Assembly: GCA_013816135.1 (NCBI GenBank)
Contig: JACDEV010000003.1
Location: 1-61,815 of the forward strand
Direction: 5' to 3'
Length of the DNA: 61,815 bases
Source: Patescibacteria group bacterium
GTDB taxonomy: Bacteria; Patescibacteriota; Minisyncoccia; Phycocordibacterales; DATDWN01
The translations under genes and the position numbers were made by a program. The notes below the pieces were generated by a model. The model saw only the letters and a list, made by a program, of their open reading frames with translations. It was not told where the DNA came from and did not search any database. This document shows, in pieces, positions 27,275 to 37,523 of the stretch (positions are counted from its first letter, which is position 1; every line of letters begins with the position of its first letter).

Positions 27275-28147
27275 ATGGAAGAAGGAAAATTTGAACACCC
27301 TTTTATAGATAATCTTGTCGGAATTCCTCATGGGGATTCGGAGGTAAAAAATGCAACAGGAAAATCTGTTGAAGAATACATGAGACACACTGGATCAAAT
27401 AAACACGAAGGGGTTGAGATTGAAAAAACACCTGAAGATATTGAAATTATTCAGTTTGCAATTGATTCTGTAAATGAAGTAATGAAAGAATATGGTCGAG
27501 AAAAAGACATAGAGCTTTCCATGAATCATATTCATATTGTTCCAGTTGGAGGCACAGAAATTGTGACTCAAGGAAATTCGAAAAAAGCAGCTCAAGCTTC
27601 TACTCGCTCCTCATTAATTATAGATAGAGATCCTTCCAACATTCAGTTTTGTTTGAGAGCTTTTCATGAAATTTTACATTTGAAATCATATGTAGCTTTA
27701 CAAATTCTTCCACCTCCTGAAGAGAATAGCCAGTCTTCACTTAAAGCATACAGGAAGGGCTTTATGGTTGTTTCTCGTGATGGAAAAGAAAGATATTTTA
27801 CAGATTTGGAAGAAGGCGTGATTGGAATGCTTACAGAAAAATTCTTTAATGAAAAAATAAAATCAGAAATACTCTTTTCAGAAGAGTTAAAAAATAAAGG
27901 AGAGGTACCTTTCGAATTTAGTCGCCAAGAAGAAATACAGCTGTTAAATGATTTAGTAGATCAAATATTTGAAAAAAATATAGATGACTTTAAAAGTAGA
28001 GATGAAATCCTTGAGTTGTTTATACGTGCACAAGTAAACGGTAACTTACTTAGAGTAGGAAAATTGATTGAGAAAACATTTGGAAAAGGAAGCTTTAGAG
28101 AAATTAGTGAAGGAAATTACCCAAAGGATACACATCATGACAGATAA
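27275..28147 (+). CDS. hypothetical protein with an HExxH motif
   Basis: AFHEILHLKS contains H-E-x-x-H (possible zincin). No other support. Confidence 0.4.
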   Translation: MEEGKFEHPFIDNLVGIPHGDSEVKNATGKSVEEYMRHTGSNKHEGVEIEKTPEDIEIIQFAIDSVNEVMKEYGREKDIELSMNHIHIVPVGGTEIVTQGNSKKAAQASTRSSLIIDRDPSNIQFCLRAFHEILHLKSYVALQILPPPEENSQSSLKAYRKGFMVVSRDGKERYFTDLEEGVIGMLTEKFFNEKIKSEILFSEELKNKGEVPFEFSRQEEIQLLNDLVDQIFEKNIDDFKSRDEILELFIRAQVNGNLLRVGKLIEKTFGKGSFREISEGNYPKDTHHDR

Positions 28148-28211
28148 ATAATATAATAATTGTCGAGAAGATACATCTTGTTTTGTATAAAAGAATTGAT
28201 AAGCTAGTACT

Positions 28212-28559
28212 ATGTCCCTACCAATGCCAAAAAGAGTTCCCGAACTTGGTTTCTATTACCACTACAAACACGATCCAAGTGTGGTCAATGATCATGCCTA
28301 TGAGGTTATTGGAATAGGTTTCCACACAGAGGATAATGCTAAACCAGGAGAGGAGCATTTTCTTATCTATAGGCCTTTGTACAACCAGTCTGTCTATACA
28401 GCTTCAAAAGAACTAGGTATTGCATGTTTTGATAATAGACCTCTCGAGATGTGGATGGAAGAGGTGACAAAAGAGGGTAAGACTTTTCCACGTTTCCAAA
28501 AAATTACTGATCCGGAAATTATCACACAGCTTGAAAAGATCAGAGGAGAAATGTATTAA
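28212..28559 (+). CDS. DUF1653 family protein
   Basis: YYHYKHDP ... YEVIGIGFHTE ... FLIYRPLY pattern. Confidence 0.65.
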   Translation: MSLPMPKRVPELGFYYHYKHDPSVVNDHAYEVIGIGFHTEDNAKPGEEHFLIYRPLYNQSVYTASKELGIACFDNRPLEMWMEEVTKEGKTFPRFQKITDPEIITQLEKIRGEMY

Positions 28560-28564
28560 ATTGT

Positions 28565-29806
28565 TTGAAACACATTTCCTGGTATTATTCTCATATGGAT
28601 ACAGTAAATAGTAAGGGAAGAGAAATGCTAAATAAGGTCCCAGAAGTCACTTTATACTTTTGGATTATTAAAATACTTTGTACAACTGTTGGTGAAACCG
28701 CTGCTGACTTTCTAAATGTTAATTTAAATTTTGGTTTAACTACAACCTCAATAATTACAGGCGTACTACTGGCGATTAGTCTATTTTTTCAATTTCGAGC
28801 AAAGAAATATATTCCAAGTGTTTATTGGTTTACAGTCGGGTTAGTCAGTGTTTTTGGAACATTGGTAACTGATAACTTAACTGACAAACTAGGTGTACCT
28901 CTGGAAGTAAGTACGATTATTTTTGCCATCCTGCTTGGTCTTACATTCTTGATTTGGTATATAAATGAAAAAACACTTTCTATTCACTCTATTTTTACAA
29001 CAAAACGAGAAATATTTTATTGGTCAGCTATTCTTTTTACATTTGCTTTGGGTACAGCATCTGGAGATTTATTTGCCGAAGGTCTGGGACTCGGATATTT
29101 AGTTACTGGGTTAATTGTGGCTGGCATAATTGCATTAACTTCAGTTGCCTGGAAAATGAGACTAAATTCCGTTCTTTCATTTTGGATTATCTATATCATG
29201 ACCCGTCCCCTCGGTGCATCTATTGGTGATCTACTCTCACAACCCACAAGTCATGGAGGGCTAGGTCTAGGAGCAACTCTTACAAGTGCAATATTTGTTG
29301 GGGGTATTCTCTTAATCGTTACTTATCTTTCGCTCACCAGACGAGATGTTATTTTAGGAGGGGAAAAGGAACATCAAGAGGGATCAAATGAAAAAGGGGG
29401 TCTATGGCAAACAGCAGTTGTCTTAGCACTATTTATTGTTTTAGGTGGAAGTGGGTATTATATTCGCCACAGAGCTCTTCAAGCAGAAATTCCCTCTCCC
29501 CAAAATAGTAGCGATAATGCAACAACAACTCTTAGTTTACTGGGTGATCTAACAGTTTTTAGAACTATTACCCAAGATACGTTAAATAAACTAAATGCTG
29601 GTGATCAATCTGGCGCAACCACTCGTATAGGTGATCTTGAATATGCATGGGATAAAGCTCAACCTGTTCTGAAATCAAGAAACAGTATTGAATGGAGTAA
29701 AATAGATGCGAAAATTGACACTGTACTTAGAGAACTTCGATCAACTAACCCAAATCCAACAACTGAGAAGTCTGCACTTACATCACTACTGTCAGCACTT
29801 CAGTAA
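28565..29806 (+). CDS. polytopic membrane protein with a soluble C-terminal domain
   Basis: Repeated TM modules (YFWIIKILCTTVGETAADF / SFWIIYIMTRPLGASIGD). The true start may be an internal ATG (28595 or 28625) rather than the TTG at 28565. Confidence 0.55.
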   Translation: MKHISWYYSHMDTVNSKGREMLNKVPEVTLYFWIIKILCTTVGETAADFLNVNLNFGLTTTSIITGVLLAISLFFQFRAKKYIPSVYWFTVGLVSVFGTLVTDNLTDKLGVPLEVSTIIFAILLGLTFLIWYINEKTLSIHSIFTTKREIFYWSAILFTFALGTASGDLFAEGLGLGYLVTGLIVAGIIALTSVAWKMRLNSVLSFWIIYIMTRPLGASIGDLLSQPTSHGGLGLGATLTSAIFVGGILLIVTYLSLTRRDVILGGEKEHQEGSNEKGGLWQTAVVLALFIVLGGSGYYIRHRALQAEIPSPQNSSDNATTTLSLLGDLTVFRTITQDTLNKLNAGDQSGATTRIGDLEYAWDKAQPVLKSRNSIEWSKIDAKIDTVLRELRSTNPNPTTEKSALTSLLSALQ

Positions 29807-29815
29807 GATTATTAT

Positions 29816-30391
29816 ATGGAAGAAAACCAAGACAAGATAATAGAAAATCTTAACTCGGAAGGAGGAGTTGTAGTAATGCCAACCGATACTATTTATGGGA
29901 TTTTGGGTAGAGCATTTGATCCAAAAGCAGTTGATAAGATATACCAAATTAAAAAAAGAACACCAGATAAACCTTTCATTATTCTTATCGCTGATATTTC
30001 TGACTTAAGTAAGTTTTCCATACAATTCTCTGATACAGATAAAGAAATTTTTTATAAAATTTGGCCTGGGCCTTTTAGTGTAGAATTTGAGGTAAATAAT
30101 GAAACATTTACTTATAGAAGTTTTGGGAAAAAACTTGCTCTTCGACTTCCTGATAATGATTTACTACGAGAGATTATAAGGCATACTGGTCCACTTGTAG
30201 CTCCAAGTGCGAACCTTGAAGGGGAACCTCCAGCTAAGAATATTGAAGAAGCAAAGGAATATTTTGGTGATGGAGTAGATATGTACGTAGATAATGGAGA
30301 AATACTGGAGGGTGAACCATCCACACTAATTTCACTAAGAAATGGCGAAATTAAGATTCTCAGACAAGGCCGAGGAGTGTTAGAACTTTAA
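29816..30391 (+). CDS. tsaC: L-threonylcarbamoyladenylate synthase (YrdC/TsaC type)
   Basis: VVMPTDTIYGI, LRLP, PSANLEGEPP. Confidence 0.8.
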   Translation: MEENQDKIIENLNSEGGVVVMPTDTIYGILGRAFDPKAVDKIYQIKKRTPDKPFIILIADISDLSKFSIQFSDTDKEIFYKIWPGPFSVEFEVNNETFTYRSFGKKLALRLPDNDLLREIIRHTGPLVAPSANLEGEPPAKNIEEAKEYFGDGVDMYVDNGEILEGEPSTLISLRNGEIKILRQGRGVLEL

Positions 30392-30406
30392 TGTTAAAAT
30401 AAACCC

Positions 30407-30658
30407 ATGCCTAATAAAGAAATTTCCACAGGTACAGTACACAGTTTACCTCCCGATTTACGAAAGGCTCTTTCTACTGATTCAAAGGTATTACACTTAT
30501 GGGAGGATATTACACCACTAGCACGTAATGAGTGGATATGTTGGGTCATCTCTGGTAAAAAAGCAGAGACAAGAGGTATTCGTATTGGTAAAGCACTCTC
30601 AAAGCTGAGAGGTGGAATGCGTAGGCCTTGTTGCTGGGCTGGTTGTCCTCACCGTTAA
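30407..30658 (+). CDS. YdeI/OmpD-associated family protein (short form)
   Basis: LP.DL..AL ... W..L.P..R.EWI.W pattern. Confidence 0.6.
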   Translation: MPNKEISTGTVHSLPPDLRKALSTDSKVLHLWEDITPLARNEWICWVISGKKAETRGIRIGKALSKLRGGMRRPCCWAGCPHR

Positions 30659-30711
30659 ACATAATAAGATTCTCATTTGTTATTCATTGAAATGTTTGTA
30701 TAATCAATTTT

Positions 30712-31614
30712 ATGAATAAAATAATTCCACATCTTTGGTTTGATAAAGAGGCGAAAGCTGCAGTCGAGTTTTATGTTTCTGCTTTTCCAGACTCAAAAAT
30801 AACCCACTCTTCAGTTATAAAAAATACTCCGTCAGGCGATTGCGATATTCTTTCATTCGAAATCGGAGGACATTCTTTTATGGCTATCAGTGCAGGGCCA
30901 TATTTTAAAATCAATCCTTCAGTTTCTTTTATGGTCAACTTTGATCCATCTAAAGATTCGAATGCAAAAGAAAATTTAAACAAACTTTGGGAAAAATTAA
31001 TTGATGGAGGTGAAGCTCTAATGCCTTTGCAGGAATATCCTTTCAGCAAGCTATATGGTTGGGTAAAAGATAGATATGGACTTTCATGGCAACTAATCCT
31101 GACAAATCCAGAAGGAGAAGACAGACCATTTATTGTTCCTTCACTTTTGTTTGTAGGGAAGGCTTATGGAAAAGCTGAAGAGGCAGTGGATTTTTACTTA
31201 TCAATATTTAAGGACTCTGCGTTAGGACAGAGGGTTAAATACGGAAAGGGAATGGAACCAAACCAAGAAGGAACTGTGATGTTTTCAGATTTTAAACTTT
31301 TAGAAAGTTGGTTTTCTGCTATGGATGGTGGGGGAAAGCATGAGTTTGAATTTAACGAAGCCATATCTTTTATTGTTAATTGTAAGGATCAGGAGGAAAT
31401 CGATTATTACTGGAGTAAACTCTCTTTTTTTCCTGAGTCAGAACAGTGTGGATGGCTCAAGGATAAATACGGTCTCTCTTGGCAGGTGGTTCCAAGTAGA
31501 ATGAATGAGATGATGTCTACAGGTACATCTGAGCAAAAGTCACGAGTAACTGCCGCTTTTCTTAAAATGAAAAAATTTGATATTGCTGTATTGGAGGATG
31601 CATTTAAGGCTTAA
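30712..31614 (+). CDS. duplicated VOC/PhnB-like (3-demethylubiquinone methyltransferase-domain) protein
   Basis: N-terminal IIPHLWFD. Two copies of the D(R/K)YGLSWQ module. Confidence 0.7.
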   Translation: MNKIIPHLWFDKEAKAAVEFYVSAFPDSKITHSSVIKNTPSGDCDILSFEIGGHSFMAISAGPYFKINPSVSFMVNFDPSKDSNAKENLNKLWEKLIDGGEALMPLQEYPFSKLYGWVKDRYGLSWQLILTNPEGEDRPFIVPSLLFVGKAYGKAEEAVDFYLSIFKDSALGQRVKYGKGMEPNQEGTVMFSDFKLLESWFSAMDGGGKHEFEFNEAISFIVNCKDQEEIDYYWSKLSFFPESEQCGWLKDKYGLSWQVVPSRMNEMMSTGTSEQKSRVTAAFLKMKKFDIAVLEDAFKA

Positions 31615-31688
31615 GTATTGTGTAAGGAATAAGATTAAAGGCATTCTGTTATAATAGATATTGAAGATTATTATTTAATATATATAAA

Positions 31689-32105
31689 ATGTTTTCAATT
31701 AATTTGATGCTTGTTGTTATCGCTGCAATTGTAGCTTTCGTATTGGGTTTTTTGTTTCATGGTCCTGTCTCTGGAAAACTTTGGATGAAGTTAGCTAATA
31801 TTCATCCAACAGGAAATGAAAAACTTAAAGATATGGTGCCACAGCTTTTATGGAACTTTCTTTCCAATTTAATAACCGCTTATGCTTTATCTGTTGTATA
31901 TTTATTAGCTTCTACTTCTACATTACTAAATGGCGGAGGACTACAGACTGGAATCATCTGCGCATTACTTGTTTGGTTTGGCTTTTTGGTAACTTCCTCC
32001 TCTATTGAGGTGATCTGGATGGGAAGATCAGCAAAACTTTGGCTATTTGAGTCGGCTTGTTCTCTAGTTGTAATGGTAGCAATGGGTGTAATTATCTCTA
32101 TATAA
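31689..32105 (+). CDS. DUF1761-like membrane protein
   Basis: Four hydrophobic helices, FLFHGPVSGKLW near the N-terminus. Assigned from memory of the family pattern. Confidence 0.5.
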   Translation: MFSINLMLVVIAAIVAFVLGFLFHGPVSGKLWMKLANIHPTGNEKLKDMVPQLLWNFLSNLITAYALSVVYLLASTSTLLNGGGLQTGIICALLVWFGFLVTSSSIEVIWMGRSAKLWLFESACSLVVMVAMGVIISI

Positions 32106-32127
32106 GCTTTTAGTATAATTAGATTTC

Positions 32128-32685
32128 ATGATCTACGTTGCTTTACTGCGGGGAATCAATGTGGGTGGAAATGCCAAGGTGGAAATGTCGAAGCTGAAAG
32201 CTACCTTTGAGTCAATAGGTTGCTTGAAAGTGATGACCTATATAAATAGCGGAAATGTGGTATTTGAAGATAAACGTTCCAATGCGGTTTTAATAAAAGA
32301 AATTGAAGCAGCTATTACTAAAAGCTTTGACTTGAAAATCCGTATAGTATTACGGAATATAGAAAACATAATAAAACTTAGCAAAGAAATTCCTTTGAAC
32401 TTGACTAATGATTCCGAACAAAAAACTGATGTTCTTTTCTTATGGAAAGAGATTGACCATCCAAGTGTCATAAAAAAAGTTGTCATAAATCCTAACCTTG
32501 AAAATGTAAATTATATAGAGGGTGCTCTTGTTTGGAATATTAAGCGAAAAGATATCGCAAAAGGAAGTGGAGTAAAGCTACTCAAAACAGATCTTTACCA
32601 GCATATTACAGTCCGAAATATAAATACAGTTAGAAAATTGAAGGAATTAATGGAAAAGGTAAGAGAAGAGTCAAAAAAGACGTAA
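32128..32685 (+). CDS. DUF1697 family protein
   Basis: MIYVALLRGINVGGNAKVEMSKLK is the characteristic N-terminus. Confidence 0.7.
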   Translation: MIYVALLRGINVGGNAKVEMSKLKATFESIGCLKVMTYINSGNVVFEDKRSNAVLIKEIEAAITKSFDLKIRIVLRNIENIIKLSKEIPLNLTNDSEQKTDVLFLWKEIDHPSVIKKVVINPNLENVNYIEGALVWNIKRKDIAKGSGVKLLKTDLYQHITVRNINTVRKLKELMEKVREESKKT

Positions 32686-32714
32686 ACTCTTTTTTTTGGT
32701 AGTATAAATCTAAT

Positions 32715-34373
32715 ATGAATTCTGAAGAAATAAAATCCCAACTAACTCCATTATTAACTGGAGACATAGATATAGAAAAAAGAACACTAGAAATTTACTC
32801 TCATGATGCTAGCTTGTTCGAGGTTATGCCACAGATGGTAATATTTCCAAAAAACACTAAGGATGTTCAAGCTGTTGTGAAGTGGGTAGGGGAAAATAAA
32901 GAAAAAAATCCATCTCTATCTATTACAGCAAGATCAGCTGGTACTGACATGTCTGGTGGTGCAGTAAATAACTCTATTATTCTTGATTTCACAAGATATA
33001 TGAATGCTATAGGCGAAGTTTCAAATAACGTCTGCATAGTTGAGCCAGGATGTTTTTATCGAGATTTTGAAAAAGAAACTTTGAAGAAAAATCTCTTTAT
33101 GCCTGCTTATACTGCTTCCCGGGAGATCTGTGCAGTTGGTGGAATGGTTGCAAATAATGCTGGAGGAGAGAATACCGTGAAGTACGGCAAGGTTGAAAAC
33201 TTTATTGACCATTTGAGAGTTATATTTACGGATGGAAACGAATACATAATCAAACCTATTGGAAAACAAGAACTTAATTCAAAAGCTAGCCAAGATAATT
33301 TCGAGGGTAAGCTTTATAAAAATATTTCACAGCTAATCTTTGATAATAAGGAAAAAATATTTGCTGCAAAGCCACATGTTTCAAAGAACTCAGCAGGGTA
33401 TTATCTTTGGAATGTCTGGGATGAACAGGCTCAGGTCTTTGACCTATGTCGCCTTATTGTTGGCTCCCAAGGTACTTTAGGTATAATCACACAAATTGGT
33501 TTCAAGCTCGTGCCTAAACCAAAGTATGGAAGTCTGCTCGCGATATTTATGCCATCCCTAGATCATTTACCAGAAATTGTCACCGAGGTCATGACCTTCA
33601 AACCTGACAGTTTTGAAACCTATGATGATTACAGTTTGAAATTAGCAGTAAAATTCTTTTTTGATTTCTTTGCTCAGATGGGATTTGTTAATGCGGTCAA
33701 ACTTGGACTTCAATTTATTCCTGAGAGCTGGCTTATCCTGACTGGGGGAATTCCAAAACTGACCTTGCTAGTACAGTTTACTGGTGATAACAAGGAGGAT
33801 GTTCAAACACGACTGAAAGAACTACAAATGAAAGTCGCTCATTTCGGATTGAAATCTCGAGTGACAAAAAGTCCAATCGAGGCTGAGAAATATTGGGAGA
33901 TTAGACGGCAGAGTTTTAATATGTTGCGAAAGCATGTTCATGGTAAAAGAACCGCTCCATTTATCGATGACATTATTGTTAAGCCAGAATACTTACCAGA
34001 ATTTCTGCCAAAGGTGGAAGCAATTCTAGATGAAGCTAAGCTTGTATATACTGTTGCTGGTCATGCAGGGGATGGTAATTTTCATATAATTCCTTTGATG
34101 GATCTCCACTCTCCTTATTCAGTGGACACCATAATGGAAATTTCTGAAAAGATATATAGCTTAGTTGGGGAATACAAAGGCTCGATAACAGCCGAGCATA
34201 ACGATGGGATTATACGCACACCTTATCTAGAAAAAATGTACGGAGCAGAAATAGTTTCATTTTTCAAACAAACAAAAGAAATATTTGATCCGCATTACAT
34301 TCTCAATCCAGGTAAAAAAGTAGGTGGAACTTTTGCTGATATAAAAAGTAAACTGATTCGAAAGAACAACTAA
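32715..34373 (+). CDS. FAD-binding oxidoreductase (GlcD / FAD-linked oxidase family)
   Basis: FAD-binding PCMH-type region (ARSAGTDMSGG, GSQGTLGIIT) and the C-terminal oxidase domain (GSITAEHNDG). Confidence 0.8.
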   Translation: MNSEEIKSQLTPLLTGDIDIEKRTLEIYSHDASLFEVMPQMVIFPKNTKDVQAVVKWVGENKEKNPSLSITARSAGTDMSGGAVNNSIILDFTRYMNAIGEVSNNVCIVEPGCFYRDFEKETLKKNLFMPAYTASREICAVGGMVANNAGGENTVKYGKVENFIDHLRVIFTDGNEYIIKPIGKQELNSKASQDNFEGKLYKNISQLIFDNKEKIFAAKPHVSKNSAGYYLWNVWDEQAQVFDLCRLIVGSQGTLGIITQIGFKLVPKPKYGSLLAIFMPSLDHLPEIVTEVMTFKPDSFETYDDYSLKLAVKFFFDFFAQMGFVNAVKLGLQFIPESWLILTGGIPKLTLLVQFTGDNKEDVQTRLKELQMKVAHFGLKSRVTKSPIEAEKYWEIRRQSFNMLRKHVHGKRTAPFIDDIIVKPEYLPEFLPKVEAILDEAKLVYTVAGHAGDGNFHIIPLMDLHSPYSVDTIMEISEKIYSLVGEYKGSITAEHNDGIIRTPYLEKMYGAEIVSFFKQTKEIFDPHYILNPGKKVGGTFADIKSKLIRKNN

Positions 34374-34429
34374 CAAGATTGTAGGTGTTAGGAGGTATAT
34401 ACTATAGAGGTACTATTAATTTTATCTCT

Positions 34430-34873
34430 ATGAATATAGAACATATTGCATTTCTTAAGTTGCGTTTTGTTATGGCCTTCATATTTCTCTGGGCCTTTTT
34501 AGATAAAACATTTGGCTTAGGTTTTGCTACTACAAAAGAAATGTCATGGATAAACGGAGGATCACCAACTTTTGGATTTTTAACTCACGCAACCAAAGGA
34601 CCTTTCATACTCTTTTACAAGAGTATGGCTGGGGTTGCTTTAGTTGATTGGTTATTCATGTTAGGTTTGCTATTTATCGGGCTAACACTATTGTTGAATC
34701 GATATGTGCTGTATGGATCAATTGCAGGCATAATAATGATGCTTCTTATGTGGCTAGCAGTATTTCCACCTGCAAATAATCCTATAATAGATGAGCATGT
34801 TGTTTATATTCTAGTTCTCACTATTTTAGCTATAAAAAGTAAAAAAGGAGAATTGGATTTTAAAAAAGCATAG
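34430..34873 (+). CDS. small membrane protein (DoxX-like, weak)
   Basis: Four TM helices. The ATG at 34430 is preferred over the GTG at 34385. Confidence 0.45.
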   Translation: MNIEHIAFLKLRFVMAFIFLWAFLDKTFGLGFATTKEMSWINGGSPTFGFLTHATKGPFILFYKSMAGVALVDWLFMLGLLFIGLTLLLNRYVLYGSIAGIIMMLLMWLAVFPPANNPIIDEHVVYILVLTILAIKSKKGELDFKKA

Positions 34874-35009
34874 AGTTTTGAGGTATCGAGAAAGTCAGGC
34901 TCAACGCAGCATATGTTAGGTATGCTTCTTCATGGAAAAAAATAGAGCTAGATGTTAGAATAGAAACCGTATTTTTTTATTATCATTTAATTACAGTAAA
35001 ATAATAAAC

Positions 35010-36251
35010 ATGAATAAAAAAGTCCTTTTTTCTGTAATCTTTACTGTGTTCATTGATCTTCTTGGTTTCGGTATTCTTATACCTGTTATTCCGCAGTTAT
35101 TAGCTAACCCAGCTTCTCCTTTTTTTCTATTACCTATTGGATACAGTATAAAATCCGGATATATAATTCTTGGTTTTCTGACTGCTATATTTCCATTCAT
35201 GCAATTTTTTGCAACGCCGTTGCTAGGGGAACTATCCGATCGTTTTGGCAGAAAACCAATTCTAGCGATCTCACTTGCCGGAACTTGCGTCTCTTACATA
35301 GTGTTCGCTTACGGAGTTCTTACCCGTAACCTCATTTTGCTTTTTGTTGCTCGGGGCTTTGATGGAGTTACCGGTGGTAACATCGCCGTTGCTCAAGCTG
35401 CAATAGCTGATATATCAACACCGGAAAATAGAGCAAAGAATTTCGGATTAATAGGAGCAGCTTTTGGAGTTGGATTTATTCTAGGTCCATATTTAGGTGG
35501 AAAACTTTCAGATCCTAACTTCGTTTCATGGTTTAACGCTTCCACACCTTTTTGGTTTGCTGCCGGATTAAGTTTCCTAAATATGCTGTCTGTTATATTC
35601 TTATTACCTGAAACTTTGAAAGAAAAATCAAACGAGCTCACTTTGCATTGGTCAAAATCCATAAGAAATATCATCAAAGCTTTCAATATAGAGAATATGA
35701 AAACATTGTTTTTTACAGTGTTTCTCTTCCAAGGAGGTTTTACATTTTTCACGACTTTCTTTGGAGTTTTTCTCATTACGAAATTTGGATGGAATCAGGG
35801 ATCTATAGGAAATTACTTTGCGTATGTTGGAGTATGGATAGCATTTTCTCAAGCTGTCGTGACCAGGTATGTCTCGAAGCGATGGAATGAAAATAAGATT
35901 TTATCGTTTTCACTTTTTGGGACAGGAGTGTTTATTCTCGCTCAGTTTCTGCCAAGTTCAGTTTTAGGACTTCTCTTGGTTGTTCCATTTTTTGCGATTT
36001 TCAATGGTTTGTCACAAGCTAACTTAACAAGTTTGGTTAGCAGGTCAGCTGGTCCTGAAATACAAGGTGAAATTTTGGGTGTGAATGCATCAGTCCAGGC
36101 TCTCGCACAAACTATTCCCCCTATACTTTCTGGCTTTATAGCTGCAAATATTGGAGCTAGAGTGCCGATTTTTGTTTCTGGAATTACAGTTATTCTTGCT
36201 GGTCTGGTTTACATATCATTTGTTAGAACTCCTTTACTTAAAAGAACTTAA
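35010..36251 (+). CDS. MFS transporter (TetA/drug-efflux type)
   Basis: 12 TM helices. MFS motif A GELSDRFGRKP. Confidence 0.8.
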   Translation: MNKKVLFSVIFTVFIDLLGFGILIPVIPQLLANPASPFFLLPIGYSIKSGYIILGFLTAIFPFMQFFATPLLGELSDRFGRKPILAISLAGTCVSYIVFAYGVLTRNLILLFVARGFDGVTGGNIAVAQAAIADISTPENRAKNFGLIGAAFGVGFILGPYLGGKLSDPNFVSWFNASTPFWFAAGLSFLNMLSVIFLLPETLKEKSNELTLHWSKSIRNIIKAFNIENMKTLFFTVFLFQGGFTFFTTFFGVFLITKFGWNQGSIGNYFAYVGVWIAFSQAVVTRYVSKRWNENKILSFSLFGTGVFILAQFLPSSVLGLLLVVPFFAIFNGLSQANLTSLVSRSAGPEIQGEILGVNASVQALAQTIPPILSGFIAANIGARVPIFVSGITVILAGLVYISFVRTPLLKRT

Positions 36252-36293
36252 GTTAGTGGAAATTAGAAGTAGTTTGTTTTGGGGGAAAATTGA

Positions 36294-36323
36294 TTGACAT
36301 AAGAACATATATCTGGGTATCAT
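36294..36323 (+). promoter_or_regulatory. sigma70-like promoter driving the GC-rich island
   Basis: TTGACA (36294-36299), 18-nt spacer, TATCAT (36318-36323). Confidence 0.5.
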
Positions 36324-36337
36324 ATAGTTTGTTCAAC

Positions 36338-36650
36338 TAGGAGGTGTAGATGTGTAATCCGGCATTACCGAAAGTGACTCACTGCAACATCAGTCAGACT
36401 TACCGGAAGGGTAAGACCTGTGATTATTGCGGGGTAGCCCTTGCAGCACCCTTGCAAGACTCTCAAAAGGAGATGACTGCAAAACAGGTTCCTGCTGAGG
36501 CTGGAAAGCCAACAATCGGAGCTCGGGCTTAACGATCCGCAACACCTCATCCCACCCAGCTGTGAATAACCAGCACAGCTACACTTTGTTCTTTCGTAGG
36601 TTTTTAATATTTGTTCGTCAGGGAGCTCGTCGTTGTCGTCGAGCTTTTCC
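36338..36650 (+). other. GC-rich island: 60-codon ORF (36350-36532) or a structured RNA; unresolved
   Basis: AGGAGGTG + ATG and a C..C...CxxC peptide argue for coding. Arguing for RNA: rare-for-host codons (CCG, CGG, GGG, GCC), an equally long antisense ORF, terminal pairing GAGGTGT (36341-47)/ACACCTC (36542-48), many GC hairpins, and a terminator at 36623-36650. Confidence 0.3.
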
Positions 36651-36722
36651 TTTAGGTGAAAAGAGTTAAGTAATAGAAATAAGAATAATACGTCTTAATA
36701 TATACAAATAATTTATATAAAT

Positions 36723-37523
36723 ATGAAAAATTCATTTTGGATTGCAGTGGCTATTTTGGTAGTAATACTAGGGCTTGGAATTTTTTACTTCTCGAGCTGT
36801 AGTGGTCTCTCATGCAGTGCGGATTCTCAAAAGATCAGCCAGGCAGTGAGTTTTGAAAAATGTGTTGAACTTGGTTTCCCAATAATGGAAACAAGTCCAA
36901 GGCAATGTGTGGCAGGTGAAAAGGTTTTTATAGAGCAGATTGCAGTAATACCAACTACAACAACTACCACTACCACAACTACATCTACAACTACTAGCAA
37001 CACCAGTAATAGCAATATTCGAGTCACTACCCCTACTTCTAGCTCGACTGTTAAAAGTCCTTTGGTAGTAAAAGGTGAGGCTCGAGGGACATGGTATTTT
37101 GAAGCTTCTTTTCCTGTAAAGCTTCTAGATGCAAATGGAAAGGTCCTAGCTCAGGCCCCAGCTCAGGCAAAAAGTGATTGGATGACAAATGATTTTGTTC
37201 CATTCGAAGCGACTCTTACCTTTACTGCACCAACTACAGGAATAGGAACATTAGTCCTTTCAAAGGACAATCCATCAGGACTTCCACAAAATGCAGGAGA
37301 GATAAGGATTCCTGTGAAATTTACAGGAGCTACTACAACTGCAATAGCATGCATTAGAAGCGGATGTAGCGGCGAAATCTGTAGCGATCAGAATCAAGTT
37401 TCCAATTGTATATATAAACCTGAATTCGCATGTTATGCGAAAGCTAAATGCGAACGCCAGATGAGTGGTCAATGCGGATGGACGCAGACCTCAGCTCTCT
37501 CAATGTGTCTTTCTGGAAAATAA
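36723..37523 (+). CDS. secreted Gmad2 immunoglobulin-like domain protein with a poly-Thr linker and Cys-rich C-terminus
   Basis: Signal/TM helix, T9-rich linker, VKSPLVVKGEARGTWYFEASFPVKLLDANG (Gmad2-like), terminal multi-Cys module. Confidence 0.65.
   Translation: MKNSFWIAVAILVVILGLGIFYFSSCSGLSCSADSQKISQAVSFEKCVELGFPIMETSPRQCVAGEKVFIEQIAVIPTTTTTTTTTTSTTTSNTSNSNIRVTTPTSSSTVKSPLVVKGEARGTWYFEASFPVKLLDANGKVLAQAPAQAKSDWMTNDFVPFEATLTFTAPTTGIGTLVLSKDNPSGLPQNAGEIRIPVKFTGATTTAIACIRSGCSGEICSDQNQVSNCIYKPEFACYAKAKCERQMSGQCGWTQTSALSMCLSGK

Noticed and set aside
36338-36549. Calling this region RNase P RNA or SRP RNA
   Set aside because: There are only scattered short resemblances. About 210 nt is too short for bacterial RNase P RNA, the universal GGAAAGUCC/P4 block is absent, and the SRP domain-IV AGCA/GGAA geometry does not fit. 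It is kept only as an unresolved finding.
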